Below, in pieces: positions 34,942 to 43,252 of a stretch of DNA of 64,000 nucleotides. Position numbers and translations under genes: made by a program. Each line of letters opens with the position of its first letter. Within the stretch, counting starts at the first letter, position 1. The notes under the pieces are model-generated. The model saw only the letters and a program-made list of their open reading frames with translations. It made no database searches and was not told the DNA's origin. Source of the DNA: Sphingomonadaceae bacterium (GTDB lineage Bacteria; Pseudomonadota; Alphaproteobacteria; Sphingomonadales; Sphingomonadaceae); assembly GCA_036384795.1 (NCBI GenBank), contig DASVLP010000033.1, positions 1,375 to 65,374 of the forward strand. Direction: 5' to 3'.

Positions 34942-35023
34942 CGTCGTCCCGGGCTTGACCCGGGACCGCTGGCCACCAGGTCTGACCAGGAGGCCAGCGA
35001 TCCCGGCGTGCGCCGGGATGACG
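34942..35023. repeat. Nested-palindrome REP/MITE-like element
   Basis: It fills the whole 84-bp gap between the convergent rnr and usp stops. Termini are CGTCGTCCCGG / CCGGGATGACG (10 of 11). Three internal hairpins are present: GTCCCGGG-N5-CCCGGGAC (34946-34966), CGCTGGCC...GGCCAGCG (34967-34999) and ATCCCGGCG-TG-CGCCGGGAT (35000-35019). Confidence 0.6.
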
Positions 35024-35024
35024 G

Positions 35025-35480
35025 CTAACTCACCCGGTCGATATCCTCGTCGCTGAGGCCGCCGGGCACAATGAACACCGGGCAGGGCAAAGTGCCGGCC
35101 GCCTGGCTGAAGTGGGCCACCAGCGGGCCGGGTCCGCCTTCCCGCGCCGCGCCCAGCACCAGCGCCGCGACTTCCGGATGCTCGGCGAGGTATTCGCCGA
35201 TCACTGCCTGGCCTTCGCCCTGGCGCACGGTGATCGTGGGCATGCGCCCGCCGTCCGACAGCAGTTCGCTCGCCGCGCTGGTCGCCAGCGCCTCCGCGCG
35301 GTCGCGCGATTCTTCCTCGATCGTCGCCTGGACGCCGCCGAACGCGACGAAATCCTGCTTGGGCACCAGCGCGAGAATATGCACCGTGCCTTCGGTCCTG
35401 GCGGCGCGGCGCGCCGCGAAGCGCAACGCCGAGCGGGCTTCCTGCGTCTCGTCCATGATCACCAGATAGACGCGCGTCAT
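35025..35480 (-). CDS. Universal stress protein (UspA family)
   Basis: Met at codon 45 of ORF 35025..35612 begins [26 protein letters not shown]. The sequence also shows ...[14 protein letters not shown]...PCPVFIVPG. Confidence 0.75.
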   Translation of the reverse strand: MTRVYLVIMDETQEARSALRFAARRAARTEGTVHILALVPKQDFVAFGGVQATIEEESRDRAEALATSAASELLSDGGRMPTITVRQGEGQAVIGEYLAEHPEVAALVLGAAREGGPGPLVAHFSQAAGTLPCPVFIVPGGLSDEDIDRVS

Positions 35481-35638
35481 CGCTGCTCCCCTTGGCCAAC
35501 CTATCGGGCGAAAGGGCTTTTCGCGCAAGAAGCTTGGCCGGATCGTCTCCGGCGCGCTTAGGACAGGCTTGCTCCGACGCGCCAAATTGGCCAGAGACGC
35601 AAGCCGAACCACCCCATCGAAGGACGAACCCGCCCGCC

Positions 35639-36934
35639 ATGTCGATCGCGATCAGGATGCCCGCGCTGTCACCGACCATGGAGGAGGGCACGCTCTCCCG
35701 CTGGCTGGTCAAGCCGGGCGACAAAGTCAGCGCCGGCGACGTGATGGCCGAGATCGAGACCGACAAGGCGACGATGGAGTTCGAGGCGGTGGATGAGGGC
35801 ACGATCGCGGACATCGCGGTGCCCGAGGGGACCGAGAACGTGAAAGTCGGCGAAGTAATCGCGACGCTGGCCGAAGAGGGCGAGGACGTGGCGAGCGTCA
35901 AGCCTGCGAAGGGCGGGGCTGCGGCCGCGCCAGCTGCGGCAAAGGCGCCGGAGCCCAAAGAAGAAGTCGTCGTCCCGGCGCAAGCTGGGACCGCCCGAAG
36001 CAAAGAGCAACCTCAAGCGACCCCAGTATCCGCTGGGGCGACGAGGGATGGCGACCGCGTGATCGCCTCCCCGCTCGCCAAGCGGATCGCCGAGCAGAAG
36101 GGGATCGACCTCAAGTCGGTCAAGGGCAGCGGCCCCAACGGGCGGATCGTCAAGGCCGACCTGGAGCGAGCCCCGGCGCAAGCCGGGGCCTCCCAACGCA
36201 CGCACGAGGCCCCTGCTTCCGCAGGGGCTCAGGTCGACTTCGGCATCCCGCACGAAGTCGAGAAGCTCAGCAACGTGCGCAAGGTCATCGCGCGCCGCCT
36301 GACCGAATCCAAGCAGACGATCCCGCATATCTACCTCACCGTCGACATCCGGCTCGACGCGCTGCTCAAGCTGCGCGGCGAGCTCAATGCCGCGCTCGAG
36401 GCGGACGGCATCAAGCTTTCGGTCAACGACCTGCTGATCAAGGCGCTCGCCAAGGCGCTGCTGCGGGTGCCGCAGTGCAACGTGCAGTTCGCCGGCGACG
36501 AGCTGCTCAAGTTCAGCCGTGCCGACATCTCGGTCGCGGTGTCGATCCCCGGCGGGCTGATCACCCCGATCGTCAAGGACGCGGGCAACAAGTCGGTCGC
36601 GACGATCTCGACCGAGATGAAGGACCTTGCCGGCCGCGCCCGCGAAGGCAAATTGCGGCCCGAGGAATTCCAGGGCGGCACCGCCAGCCTGTCGAACATG
36701 GGCATGTTCGGGATCAAGCAGTTCGAGGCGGTGATCAACCCGCCGCAGGCGATGATCATGGCGATCGGCGCGGGCGAGAAGCGCCCGTTCGTGGTCGACG
36801 GCGCCTTGTCGGTCGCCACGGTGATGACCGCCACCGGCAGCTTCGACCACCGCGCGATCGACGGCGCCGATGGCGCGCAGCTGATGCAGGCGTTCCAGCA
36901 CCTGATCGAGCAGCCGCTGGGGCTGGTGGCTTGA
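35639..36934 (+). CDS. pdhC: Pyruvate dehydrogenase E2 (dihydrolipoyllysine-residue acetyltransferase)
   Basis: Met at codon 50 of ORF 35492..36934. Lipoyl domain [16 protein letters not shown]...[13 protein letters not shown]3-binding ASPLAKRIA, and catalytic DHRAIDGA. Confidence 0.92.
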   Translation: MSIAIRMPALSPTMEEGTLSRWLVKPGDKVSAGDVMAEIETDKATMEFEAVDEGTIADIAVPEGTENVKVGEVIATLAEEGEDVASVKPAKGGAAAAPAAAKAPEPKEEVVVPAQAGTARSKEQPQATPVSAGATRDGDRVIASPLAKRIAEQKGIDLKSVKGSGPNGRIVKADLERAPAQAGASQRTHEAPASAGAQVDFGIPHEVEKLSNVRKVIARRLTESKQTIPHIYLTVDIRLDALLKLRGELNAALEADGIKLSVNDLLIKALAKALLRVPQCNVQFAGDELLKFSRADISVAVSIPGGLITPIVKDAGNKSVATISTEMKDLAGRAREGKLRPEEFQGGTASLSNMGMFGIKQFEAVINPPQAMIMAIGAGEKRPFVVDGALSVATVMTATGSFDHRAIDGADGAQLMQAFQHLIEQPLGLVA

Positions 36935-36961
36935 GCGCCTCGTCTCCCCGCGGCCAACGAG

Positions 36962-37339
36962 ATGAGTGATTTACCCCAAGTCGAACCAGCCATCCGCGTC
37001 GTCGCGATGCCTGCCGACGCCAATGCTTATGGCGACATCTTCGGCGGCTGGCTGGTCAGCCTGATGGACAACGCGGGCGGCCTGGTCGCCGCGCTGCGGG
37101 CCAAGGGGCGGGCAGTCACGGTGGCGATCGACGGGATGCAGTTCCTCGAGCCGGTCAAAGTCGGCGACGAAGTCTCGGTCTATGCCGAGATCGAGCGGGT
37201 CGGGCGCACCAGCATGAACATCCACGTCGAAGCCTGGCGCCGCCCGCGACACGGCGAAACGCGCTACAAGGTGACCGAGGCGAAATTCACGTTCGTCGCG
37301 GTGGACGAGCATGGGCGGCCAAGGGCGGTGGATTTGTGA
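36962..37339 (+). CDS. Hotdog-fold acyl-CoA thioesterase (YciA-like)
   Basis: 125 aa with MPADANAYGDIFGGWLVSLMD. Confidence 0.8.
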   Translation: MSDLPQVEPAIRVVAMPADANAYGDIFGGWLVSLMDNAGGLVAALRAKGRAVTVAIDGMQFLEPVKVGDEVSVYAEIERVGRTSMNIHVEAWRRPRHGETRYKVTEAKFTFVAVDEHGRPRAVDL

Positions 37340-37812
37340 GCAAGGAAACGTCTTCCGATAACTCCTCCCCCCTCGCGGGGGAGGAAGGGGCCCGCCGCGC
37401 AGCGGTGGGAAGGAGAGGGGGCAAGCGCGACCTGCTTTCCTTGGCGAAGCGGATGCGGAGCGCACAGACCGACGCGGAGAGCAAGCTCTGGTCGATGTTG
37501 TGCGGCAAGCGTCTCAACGGCTGGAAGCTCAAACGGCAGGAGCAGATTGACGACTACATCGTCGATTTCGTGAACTTCGAGAAACGGCTGATCGTTGAGG
37601 CGGACGGCTCCCAGCATGCAGAGAGTCTGGCCGATGCTAAGCGCGATGCTTATCTAGTCGGCCAGGGTTTCGAGGTCCTTCGGTTCTGGAACAACGACAT
37701 TCTGATTAATCCCGACGGGGTCGCGACCGCAATTCTCGCTACGCTCGAAACCCCTCTCCCCAACCCCTCTCCCGCAAGGGGAGAGGGGCTTACTGGAGCG
37801 ATTAATGGCTGA
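37336..37812 (+). CDS. DUF559 (Vsr-like endonuclease fold) domain protein
   Basis: 158 aa with LAKRMRSAQTDAESKLWSML...YIVDFVNFEKRLIVEADGSQH...GFEVLRFWNNDI. GTGA overlap with the thioesterase stop and ATGGCTGA overlap with the lpdA start. The core has visibly lower GC. Confidence 0.8.
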   Translation: MSKETSSDNSSPLAGEEGARRAAVGRRGGKRDLLSLAKRMRSAQTDAESKLWSMLCGKRLNGWKLKRQEQIDDYIVDFVNFEKRLIVEADGSQHAESLADAKRDAYLVGQGFEVLRFWNNDILINPDGVATAILATLETPLPNPSPARGEGLTGAING

Positions 37813-39214
37813 CCAATACGACGTGATCGTCCTCGGATCGGGCCCCGGCGGCTATGTCGCGGCGATCCGAGCCGCGCAGTTGGGGCTCAAGACCGCGATC
37901 GTCGAGCGCGAATTGCTCGGCGGGATCTGCCTCAACTGGGGGTGCATCCCGACCAAGGCGCTGCTGCGCTCGGCGGAGATCTTTCACTACATGCAGCATG
38001 CGAAGGATTATGGCCTTTCCGCCAAGGGGATAGAGGCCGATCTGGAAGCGGTGGTGAAGCGCAGCCGCGGGGTGGCGAAGCAGCTCAACCAGGGCGTCAC
38101 CCACCTGATGAAGAAGAACAAGATCGCCGTGCACATGGGCGAGGGCAAATTGCTCGGCCCGGGAAAGCTCGAAGTGAAGGGCGAAAAAGGCACCGAAACC
38201 CTCAGCGCCAAGCACATCATCGTTGCCACCGGCGCGCGGGCGCGCGACCTGCCGTTCGCGCCGGCCGACGGCAAGCGGGTGTGGACTTACCGCCACGCGA
38301 TGACCCCACGGGAGATGCCAACCAAGCTGCTGGTGATCGGCAGTGGCGCGATCGGAATCGAGTTCGCGAGCTTCTACCGCGACATGGGCGCCGAAGTGAC
38401 GGTGGTCGAGATGCTCGACCGGGTGGTGCCGGTGGAGGACGCGGACGTTTCCGCGTTCCTCGAAAAGGCGCTGACCAAGCAGGGCATGACGATCATGACG
38501 GGGGCAGGCGTCGAGGAGCTGAAGACGAGCGACAAGGGCGTCTCGGCCAAGATCAAGGGCAAGGACGGCAAAGTCCAGAGCGCCGAGTTCAGCCACGCGA
38601 TCGTCGCGATCGGGATCGTGCCGAACACCGAGAACGTCGGGCTCGAAAAGCTCGCCGAGATGGACCGCGGCTTCATCAAGATCGACCCCTACGGCCGCAC
38701 CAAGACCAAGGGCCTGTGGGCGATCGGCGACTGCGTGCCCGGCCCGTGGCTGGCGCACAAAGCGAGCCACGAGGGCGTCACCGCCGCCGAGGCGATCGCG
38801 CAGGAGCTGGGCAACACAGACGTCCACCCGCACCCGCTCGACCGCATCGCGATCCCCGGGTGCACTTATTGCCGCCCGCAGATCGCCAGCGTCGGGCTGA
38901 CCGAGGCTAAGGCGAAGGAAGCCGGCCACGCGGTGAAGGCCGGGACGTTCCCGTTCATCGGCAACGGCAAGGCGATCGCGCTCGGCGAGGCGGAAGGGTT
39001 CGTGAAGACGGTGTTCGACGCCAAGACCGGGGAACTGCTCGGCGCGCACATGGTCGGGGCCGAAGTCACCGAGATGATCCAGGGCTTCACCGTCGGCAAA
39101 GTGCTCGAGACCACCGAGGCCGAGCTGATGAACACGATCTTCCCGCACCCGACGATCAGCGAATCGATGCACGAGAGCGTGCTTGCAGCTTATGGGCGCG
39201 CGTTGCACATTTGA
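37805..39214 (+). CDS. lpdA: Dihydrolipoyl dehydrogenase (E3)
   Basis: GSGPGGYVAAIRAAQLG (FAD), the redox disulfide GGICLNWGCIPTK, and C-terminal HPTISE. Confidence 0.95.
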   Translation: MADQYDVIVLGSGPGGYVAAIRAAQLGLKTAIVERELLGGICLNWGCIPTKALLRSAEIFHYMQHAKDYGLSAKGIEADLEAVVKRSRGVAKQLNQGVTHLMKKNKIAVHMGEGKLLGPGKLEVKGEKGTETLSAKHIIVATGARARDLPFAPADGKRVWTYRHAMTPREMPTKLLVIGSGAIGIEFASFYRDMGAEVTVVEMLDRVVPVEDADVSAFLEKALTKQGMTIMTGAGVEELKTSDKGVSAKIKGKDGKVQSAEFSHAIVAIGIVPNTENVGLEKLAEMDRGFIKIDPYGRTKTKGLWAIGDCVPGPWLAHKASHEGVTAAEAIAQELGNTDVHPHPLDRIAIPGCTYCRPQIASVGLTEAKAKEAGHAVKAGTFPFIGNGKAIALGEAEGFVKTVFDAKTGELLGAHMVGAEVTEMIQGFTVGKVLETTEAELMNTIFPHPTISESMHESVLAAYGRALHI

Positions 39215-39260
39215 GCGCGCCGCCCGATCATTTCTTGCGACGCGCTGTTAGGATCGGCGA

Positions 39261-39821
39261 ATGAGCGAGGCCGAATATCTCGACGGGCGGCTCCTGCTGG
39301 CAATGCCAGGCATGGTCGACCCGAATTTCGAGCGTTCGGTGATCGCGTTGTGCGTGCACGACGCGCAAGGCGCGGTCGGGATCGGCGTCGGGCACTTGCG
39401 CGCCGGGATCCGCTTCCACAACCTGCTGCGCGAGGTGGGGGTCGATCCCGGCGTCGCGCCCGACCGGCCGGTGCATCACGGCGGTCCAGTCGAGCCGGGG
39501 AGGGGCTTCGTGCTCCATTCGCCCGACTGGCGCGACGACGATACGATCGCGGTGCCCCCGCTCGGCGCGCTGTCGGGCTCGATCGCAGTACTGCGCGCGA
39601 TCGCGGAGGGAAGGGGGCCCAAAGCCTGGCTGATCGCGCTCGGCTATGCCGGCTGGGGGCCGGGCCAGCTCGACGACGAGATGCGCTATCACGGCTGGTT
39701 CGCGGCCACCGGCCGGCCCGAGATCGTGTTCGAGACCGCAGTCGAGCAGCGCTGGCCGGCGGCCTGGAAAGCCGAAGGGATCAACCCGGCGCAGCTCGTC
39801 GGCCGCACCGGCACCGCCTGA
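39261..39821 (+). CDS. YqgE/AlgH family protein
   Basis: 186 aa with LDGRLLLAMPGMVDPNFERSVIALCVHD. Confidence 0.85.
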   Translation: MSEAEYLDGRLLLAMPGMVDPNFERSVIALCVHDAQGAVGIGVGHLRAGIRFHNLLREVGVDPGVAPDRPVHHGGPVEPGRGFVLHSPDWRDDDTIAVPPLGALSGSIAVLRAIAEGRGPKAWLIALGYAGWGPGQLDDEMRYHGWFAATGRPEIVFETAVEQRWPAAWKAEGINPAQLVGRTGTA

Positions 39822-39824
39822 GGC

Positions 39825-40802
39825 CTACTCGGCCGGCAGCGGCATCGGCGCGGAGCGGCCGAGCTTCTGCTTGCCGCGCCAGCGATCGAAGAAGCTCGCC
39901 TGGTGAACGCAGCTGACGGTGCAATAGGGGGCGCACTCTTTGGGGCTCTCGAACTCGCGGCGAATGTCCTCGCGCCCATATTGCGTTAGCGGAATGCCGG
40001 GCTCGCCGCGCTGCTGCGAGCAGTAATGAACCAGCCCGTCCTCGCAGATATAGAGATAGCGCCCGCCCGCGCGGCAGCTCCAGGCGTTGGGCTTGCCATC
40101 CAACAGGTTCTTCTGGAACAGCCAGTAGTTGAACCGGTGCGCGACCGAACCTTCGGCCATCAGCGTGTGATAGACCGCGCGCTGGCTCGCCGAAAGCGGG
40201 GCGAGGGTGCCGTCGCCGCCGTGGAGCACCCCGACGGTGTGCGAGAAGCCGAGCGCCCTGGCGGTGCGCGCGACTTCCTTGGCGTCCTGCGTGCGCTCTT
40301 CGGTGATGCCCAGCACCGAGTTGATGTTGACCTTGAACGCGGCATGTTCGGACAACAGCTCGAGCTTGCCGCGCAGCGACTTCAGCGTCTTCTTCGAGAC
40401 CTCGTCGGGCTTCACCCCGTCGATCGAGATCTGCAGCGCCTGAAGCCCCGCCTCGTTCATCGCCTCGATCCGCTCGCGGGTGAGCAGGAAGCCGTTGGTG
40501 ATCGTCGTTGCGGTCATCCCGCGCGCGCGGATGTGCGCGATCACCGCTTCGTGGCCGGGATTGGTCAGCGGCTCGCCGCCGGTCAGGGTGATCACCCGGG
40601 TGCCGAGCTCGGCCAGGCGGTCGATGCGCGCGATAAGGACATCGAGCGGGATCGGCTGCGAAACTTTGTCGAACTCGTTGCAGTAGGCGCAGTCGAGGTT
40701 GCAGTAGCGGGTGACCACGAGGTGCGCGAGCAGCGGCTTTCCCGGCGCGAACAGTGCCGTCGAGAGATAGCGCGCCCCATCGCGCCAAGTCACGTCTGCC
40801 AT
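39825..40802 (-). CDS. Radical SAM protein with a Cys-rich SPASM/twitch-like C-terminal region; substrate unknown
   Basis: Met at codon 25 of ORF 39825..40874 begins MADVTWRDG. The core is VVTRYCNLDCAYCNEFD (CxxxCxxC) and TLTGGEPL. The C-terminal region reads WSCRAGGRYLYICEDGLVHYC...ECAPYCTVSCVH, with six Cys. Confidence 0.8.
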   Translation of the reverse strand: MADVTWRDGARYLSTALFAPGKPLLAHLVVTRYCNLDCAYCNEFDKVSQPIPLDVLIARIDRLAELGTRVITLTGGEPLTNPGHEAVIAHIRARGMTATTITNGFLLTRERIEAMNEAGLQALQISIDGVKPDEVSKKTLKSLRGKLELLSEHAAFKVNINSVLGITEERTQDAKEVARTARALGFSHTVGVLHGGDGTLAPLSASQRAVYHTLMAEGSVAHRFNYWLFQKNLLDGKPNAWSCRAGGRYLYICEDGLVHYCSQQRGEPGIPLTQYGREDIRREFESPKECAPYCTVSCVHQASFFDRWRGKQKLGRSAPMPLPAE

Positions 40803-40933
40803 TGCCGCTGTTCCGTATTTTGCCGCGGCGACCCCCGCCGCGCGGCGGTCTTGCCCAAGAGCTTCCGCGAACACAAGGGCGGCCTGCCGCGGGACCGCGC
40901 TGTTCCGGCGCGAATTCGCGCCCGGGCGAGAGT

Positions 40934-40966
40934 GCCGTCCTTCAGCCTGGCGGACAGGGTGGGATT
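40934..40966. repeat. Duplicated copy of the tRNA-Ser 3' end plus downstream flank (att-like scar)
   Basis: GCCGTCCTTCAGCCTGGCGGACAGGGTGGGATT at 40934-40966 repeats 41028-41074, except that the real locus carries an extra 14 nt, CCGGGGGCAGGCTG. It includes the last 19 nt of the tRNA (AATCCCACCCTGTCCGCCA on the minus strand). Confidence 0.5.
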
Positions 40967-41036
40967 GTCCTTCGGACGTCTCCGCGCTGCGCGCTTCGAC
41001 TCCGAACCCTTGGGTTCTTTCCGAACCGCCGTCCTT

Positions 41037-41057
41037 CAGCCTGCCGGGGGCAGGCTG
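41037..41057 (-). terminator. Hairpin immediately 3' of tRNA-Ser
   Basis: CAGCCTGCC (41037-41045), GGG, then GGCAGGCTG (41049-41057). This is a perfect 9-bp stem that starts inside the CCA end. There is no T-run. Confidence 0.3.
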
Positions 41058-41145
41058 GCGGACAGGGTGGGATTCGAACCCACGAAGGACTTGCGCCCTT
41101 GGCGGTTTTCAAGACCGCTGCCTTCAACCACTCGGCCACCTGTCC
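41056..41145 (-). tRNA. tRNA-Ser (anticodon UGA)
   Basis: The minus strand reads GGACAGGTGGCCGAGTGGTTGAAGGCAGCGGTCTTGAAAACCGCCAAGGGCGCAAGTCCTTCGTGGGTTCGAATCCCACCCTGTCCGCCA. The cloverleaf was folded by hand, giving a 7-bp acceptor stem, anticodon loop CT-TGA-AA, a long class II variable arm, a GTTCGAATC T-loop, and an encoded CCA. Confidence 0.93.
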
Positions 41146-41262
41146 GCTGGAAGTGGCGGCTAGCGCGCCATTTTCGCTTTGTCACCTCGTGACTCGGGCG
41201 GCGATAGACGATACGCCAACGCAACGAGCGCGAATGCGCCTGGGGAGAGGAGCGAGAGCACA

Positions 41263-42159
41263 ATGAACAGGTTCACCATTGCCGCGCTGGCGATCGTCGC
41301 CACGCTGGGTTGGGCGGCGCCCGCTTCGGCGCAATTCTTCGGCGGCGGGCCTTGCGATCGCGGCGATCTTCAGCAGGTGGCGGAAAAGTACATTCAGGCG
41401 CAGCGCGACGGCAAGCCCGGCGATCTGCCGTTCGGCAACGAGTGGGTCGACTACAAGGAGAACAACCAGGTCTCCACGATGTACAGCGGCGGGATCATCG
41501 GCAAGCCGCAGAAGATCGACTGGTACCGCCTGATCCTCGATCCCGACGAGTGCAAGTTCATGGCCGAGATCATCATCACCGATCCGGCCCACCCTTACGT
41601 GCTGGCGACCCAGGCGAGCGTCGCCGGCGGGACTGCGATGGGGCCGTTCGACACGATCGTGACCGACGCGGGCGACTGGCTGTTCGATGCGAATTACACG
41701 CTGAAATACGCGAAGTCGGAAGATTGGTCGGTAATCCCTGAGGCCGAGCGCAACACCCGCAAGGAATTGATCGCCGCGGCCGACGCCTATCTCAATTCGT
41801 TCAAGGACAAGAGCATCCAGGTGCCATGGGGCACGCCGTGCGACCGGCTGGAAGGCAGCGCCTACACCGGCAACGGCTCGCCCACCGACAGCTGCAACGT
41901 CGGCGTTCCGGAGGGGGTCGACCTGGTGAACCGGCAGTACGTGGTCGACCCGACGATCGGCGCGGTCGACGTGTTCATGGACTTCGGCAAGAACCAGCGC
42001 GCCGACAGCCACCTGTTCCGCATCGAGCACGGCAAGATTCGCTACGTCCACACCGTGACCAACTGCGGGGATTCGGATAACTGCGGCTTCGATTCGTTCA
42101 AGAAGATGCTGGAAAAGAACCCGAAAATGCATCCCGACCTCGTCGCCAAGGCGGGGTGA
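41263..42159 (+). CDS. Secreted Cys-containing protein of unknown function
   Basis: Met at codon 29 of ORF 41179..42159 is preceded by GGAGAGGAG. Signal peptide MNRFTIAALAIVATLGWAAPASA. The mature chain has 8 Cys. I cannot assign a family. GC is somewhat lower than in the neighbours. Confidence 0.65.
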   Translation: MNRFTIAALAIVATLGWAAPASAQFFGGGPCDRGDLQQVAEKYIQAQRDGKPGDLPFGNEWVDYKENNQVSTMYSGGIIGKPQKIDWYRLILDPDECKFMAEIIITDPAHPYVLATQASVAGGTAMGPFDTIVTDAGDWLFDANYTLKYAKSEDWSVIPEAERNTRKELIAAADAYLNSFKDKSIQVPWGTPCDRLEGSAYTGNGSPTDSCNVGVPEGVDLVNRQYVVDPTIGAVDVFMDFGKNQRADSHLFRIEHGKIRYVHTVTNCGDSDNCGFDSFKKMLEKNPKMHPDLVAKAG

Positions 42160-42217
42160 GGCCACGGCTCGGCTCGGCGGCCTTCACCGGGCGCGCGGCA
42201 TGTGACAGGATGGCCGC

Positions 42218-43252
42218 ATGAAACTTCGTGCCCCGTTCCTCGCACTCGCGCTGCTCGCCTGCCTGGGGCCGTTGGCTCCCCAGGCCCGGGCCCAGGTGGC
42301 GCCCGGCGAGCTTTCGTTCGACGCGTACCTCCAGCTGCTTGCCGCGAAGGCGCGCGCGGCGGGGGTGAGCGAGGCGACGATCCAGTCGATGACCGCCGGC
42401 CTGACGCCGAACGACCGGGTGATTGCGCTCGACCGCTCGCAGCCGGCGGGGCCGCCCGGAAGCGGCTTTCCCCCGCTCGCGCCGTACCTTGCGAGCCACA
42501 TCGACCGCGCGCGGATCGACCAGGGGCGGGCGATCTACCAGGCTTCCGCGGCTCAGGCCGCGCGGATCGAGCAGACTTACGGCGTCCCGGCGAAGATCGT
42601 GATCTCGATCTGGGGGCACGAGACCGCTTACGGCAGCGTCACCGGCGACTTCGACCTCGCGCGTTCGCTGGCCAGCCTCGCCTGGGAGGGACGCCGGCGG
42701 GACCTGTTCGAGACCGAATTCGTCGACCTGCTGAAAATGGTCGACAGCGGCGTCCCGCGCTCGCAGCTCCACGGCAGTTACGCCGGCGCGTTCGGCAACC
42801 CGCAGTTCCTGCCCAGCGTCTACTTGCGCCTTGCGGTCGATGCCGACGGCGACGGGCGCAAGGACATCTGGAACGACCGGGCCGACACGCTGGCCTCGAT
42901 CGCGAACTACTTCCGCGACGCCGGCTGGCGCGCCGGCCAGCCGTGGGGCGTAAGAGCGAGCGTGCCGCCAGGCTTCGACGTCGGCGCGTGGCGCGGCAAG
43001 CTGATGGCACCGACCTGCCCGCGCGTGCACGAGCGTTTCAGCCAGTGGAAGACGGTCGCCGAATGGCGCCGGCTGGGCGTCGTGCCGCAGGCGCCGATCG
43101 GCGAAACAGTGTTAACCAGCCTGTTCCAGCCCGACGGTCCGGGCACTCGCGCGTGGCTCTTAACCGGGAATTATAGGGTTATCCTCGAATATAATTGCTC
43201 GAACTACTACGCTATGAGTGTGGGGTTGCTTGCAGATGAGATTGCCCAGTGA
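42218..43252 (+). CDS. Lytic murein transglycosylase (MltB/SLT_2 family)
   Basis: Signal peptide MKLRAPFLALALLACLGPLAPQARA, catalytic region ISIWGHETAYG, and YAGAFGNPQFLPS. Confidence 0.85.
   Translation: MKLRAPFLALALLACLGPLAPQARAQVAPGELSFDAYLQLLAAKARAAGVSEATIQSMTAGLTPNDRVIALDRSQPAGPPGSGFPPLAPYLASHIDRARIDQGRAIYQASAAQAARIEQTYGVPAKIVISIWGHETAYGSVTGDFDLARSLASLAWEGRRRDLFETEFVDLLKMVDSGVPRSQLHGSYAGAFGNPQFLPSVYLRLAVDADGDGRKDIWNDRADTLASIANYFRDAGWRAGQPWGVRASVPPGFDVGAWRGKLMAPTCPRVHERFSQWKTVAEWRRLGVVPQAPIGETVLTSLFQPDGPGTRAWLLTGNYRVILEYNCSNYYAMSVGLLADEIAQ

Noticed and set aside
32289-34976. 895-aa minus-strand ORF antisense to rnr.
   Set aside because: Same reasoning as above. The rnr frame carries RNB and S1 signatures.
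40942-41139. 65-aa ORF (MAEWLKAAVLKTAKG...) overlapping the tRNA-Ser region.
   Set aside because: It is simply the translation of the tRNA-Ser gene and its duplicated 3' end. The cloverleaf explains the sequence.
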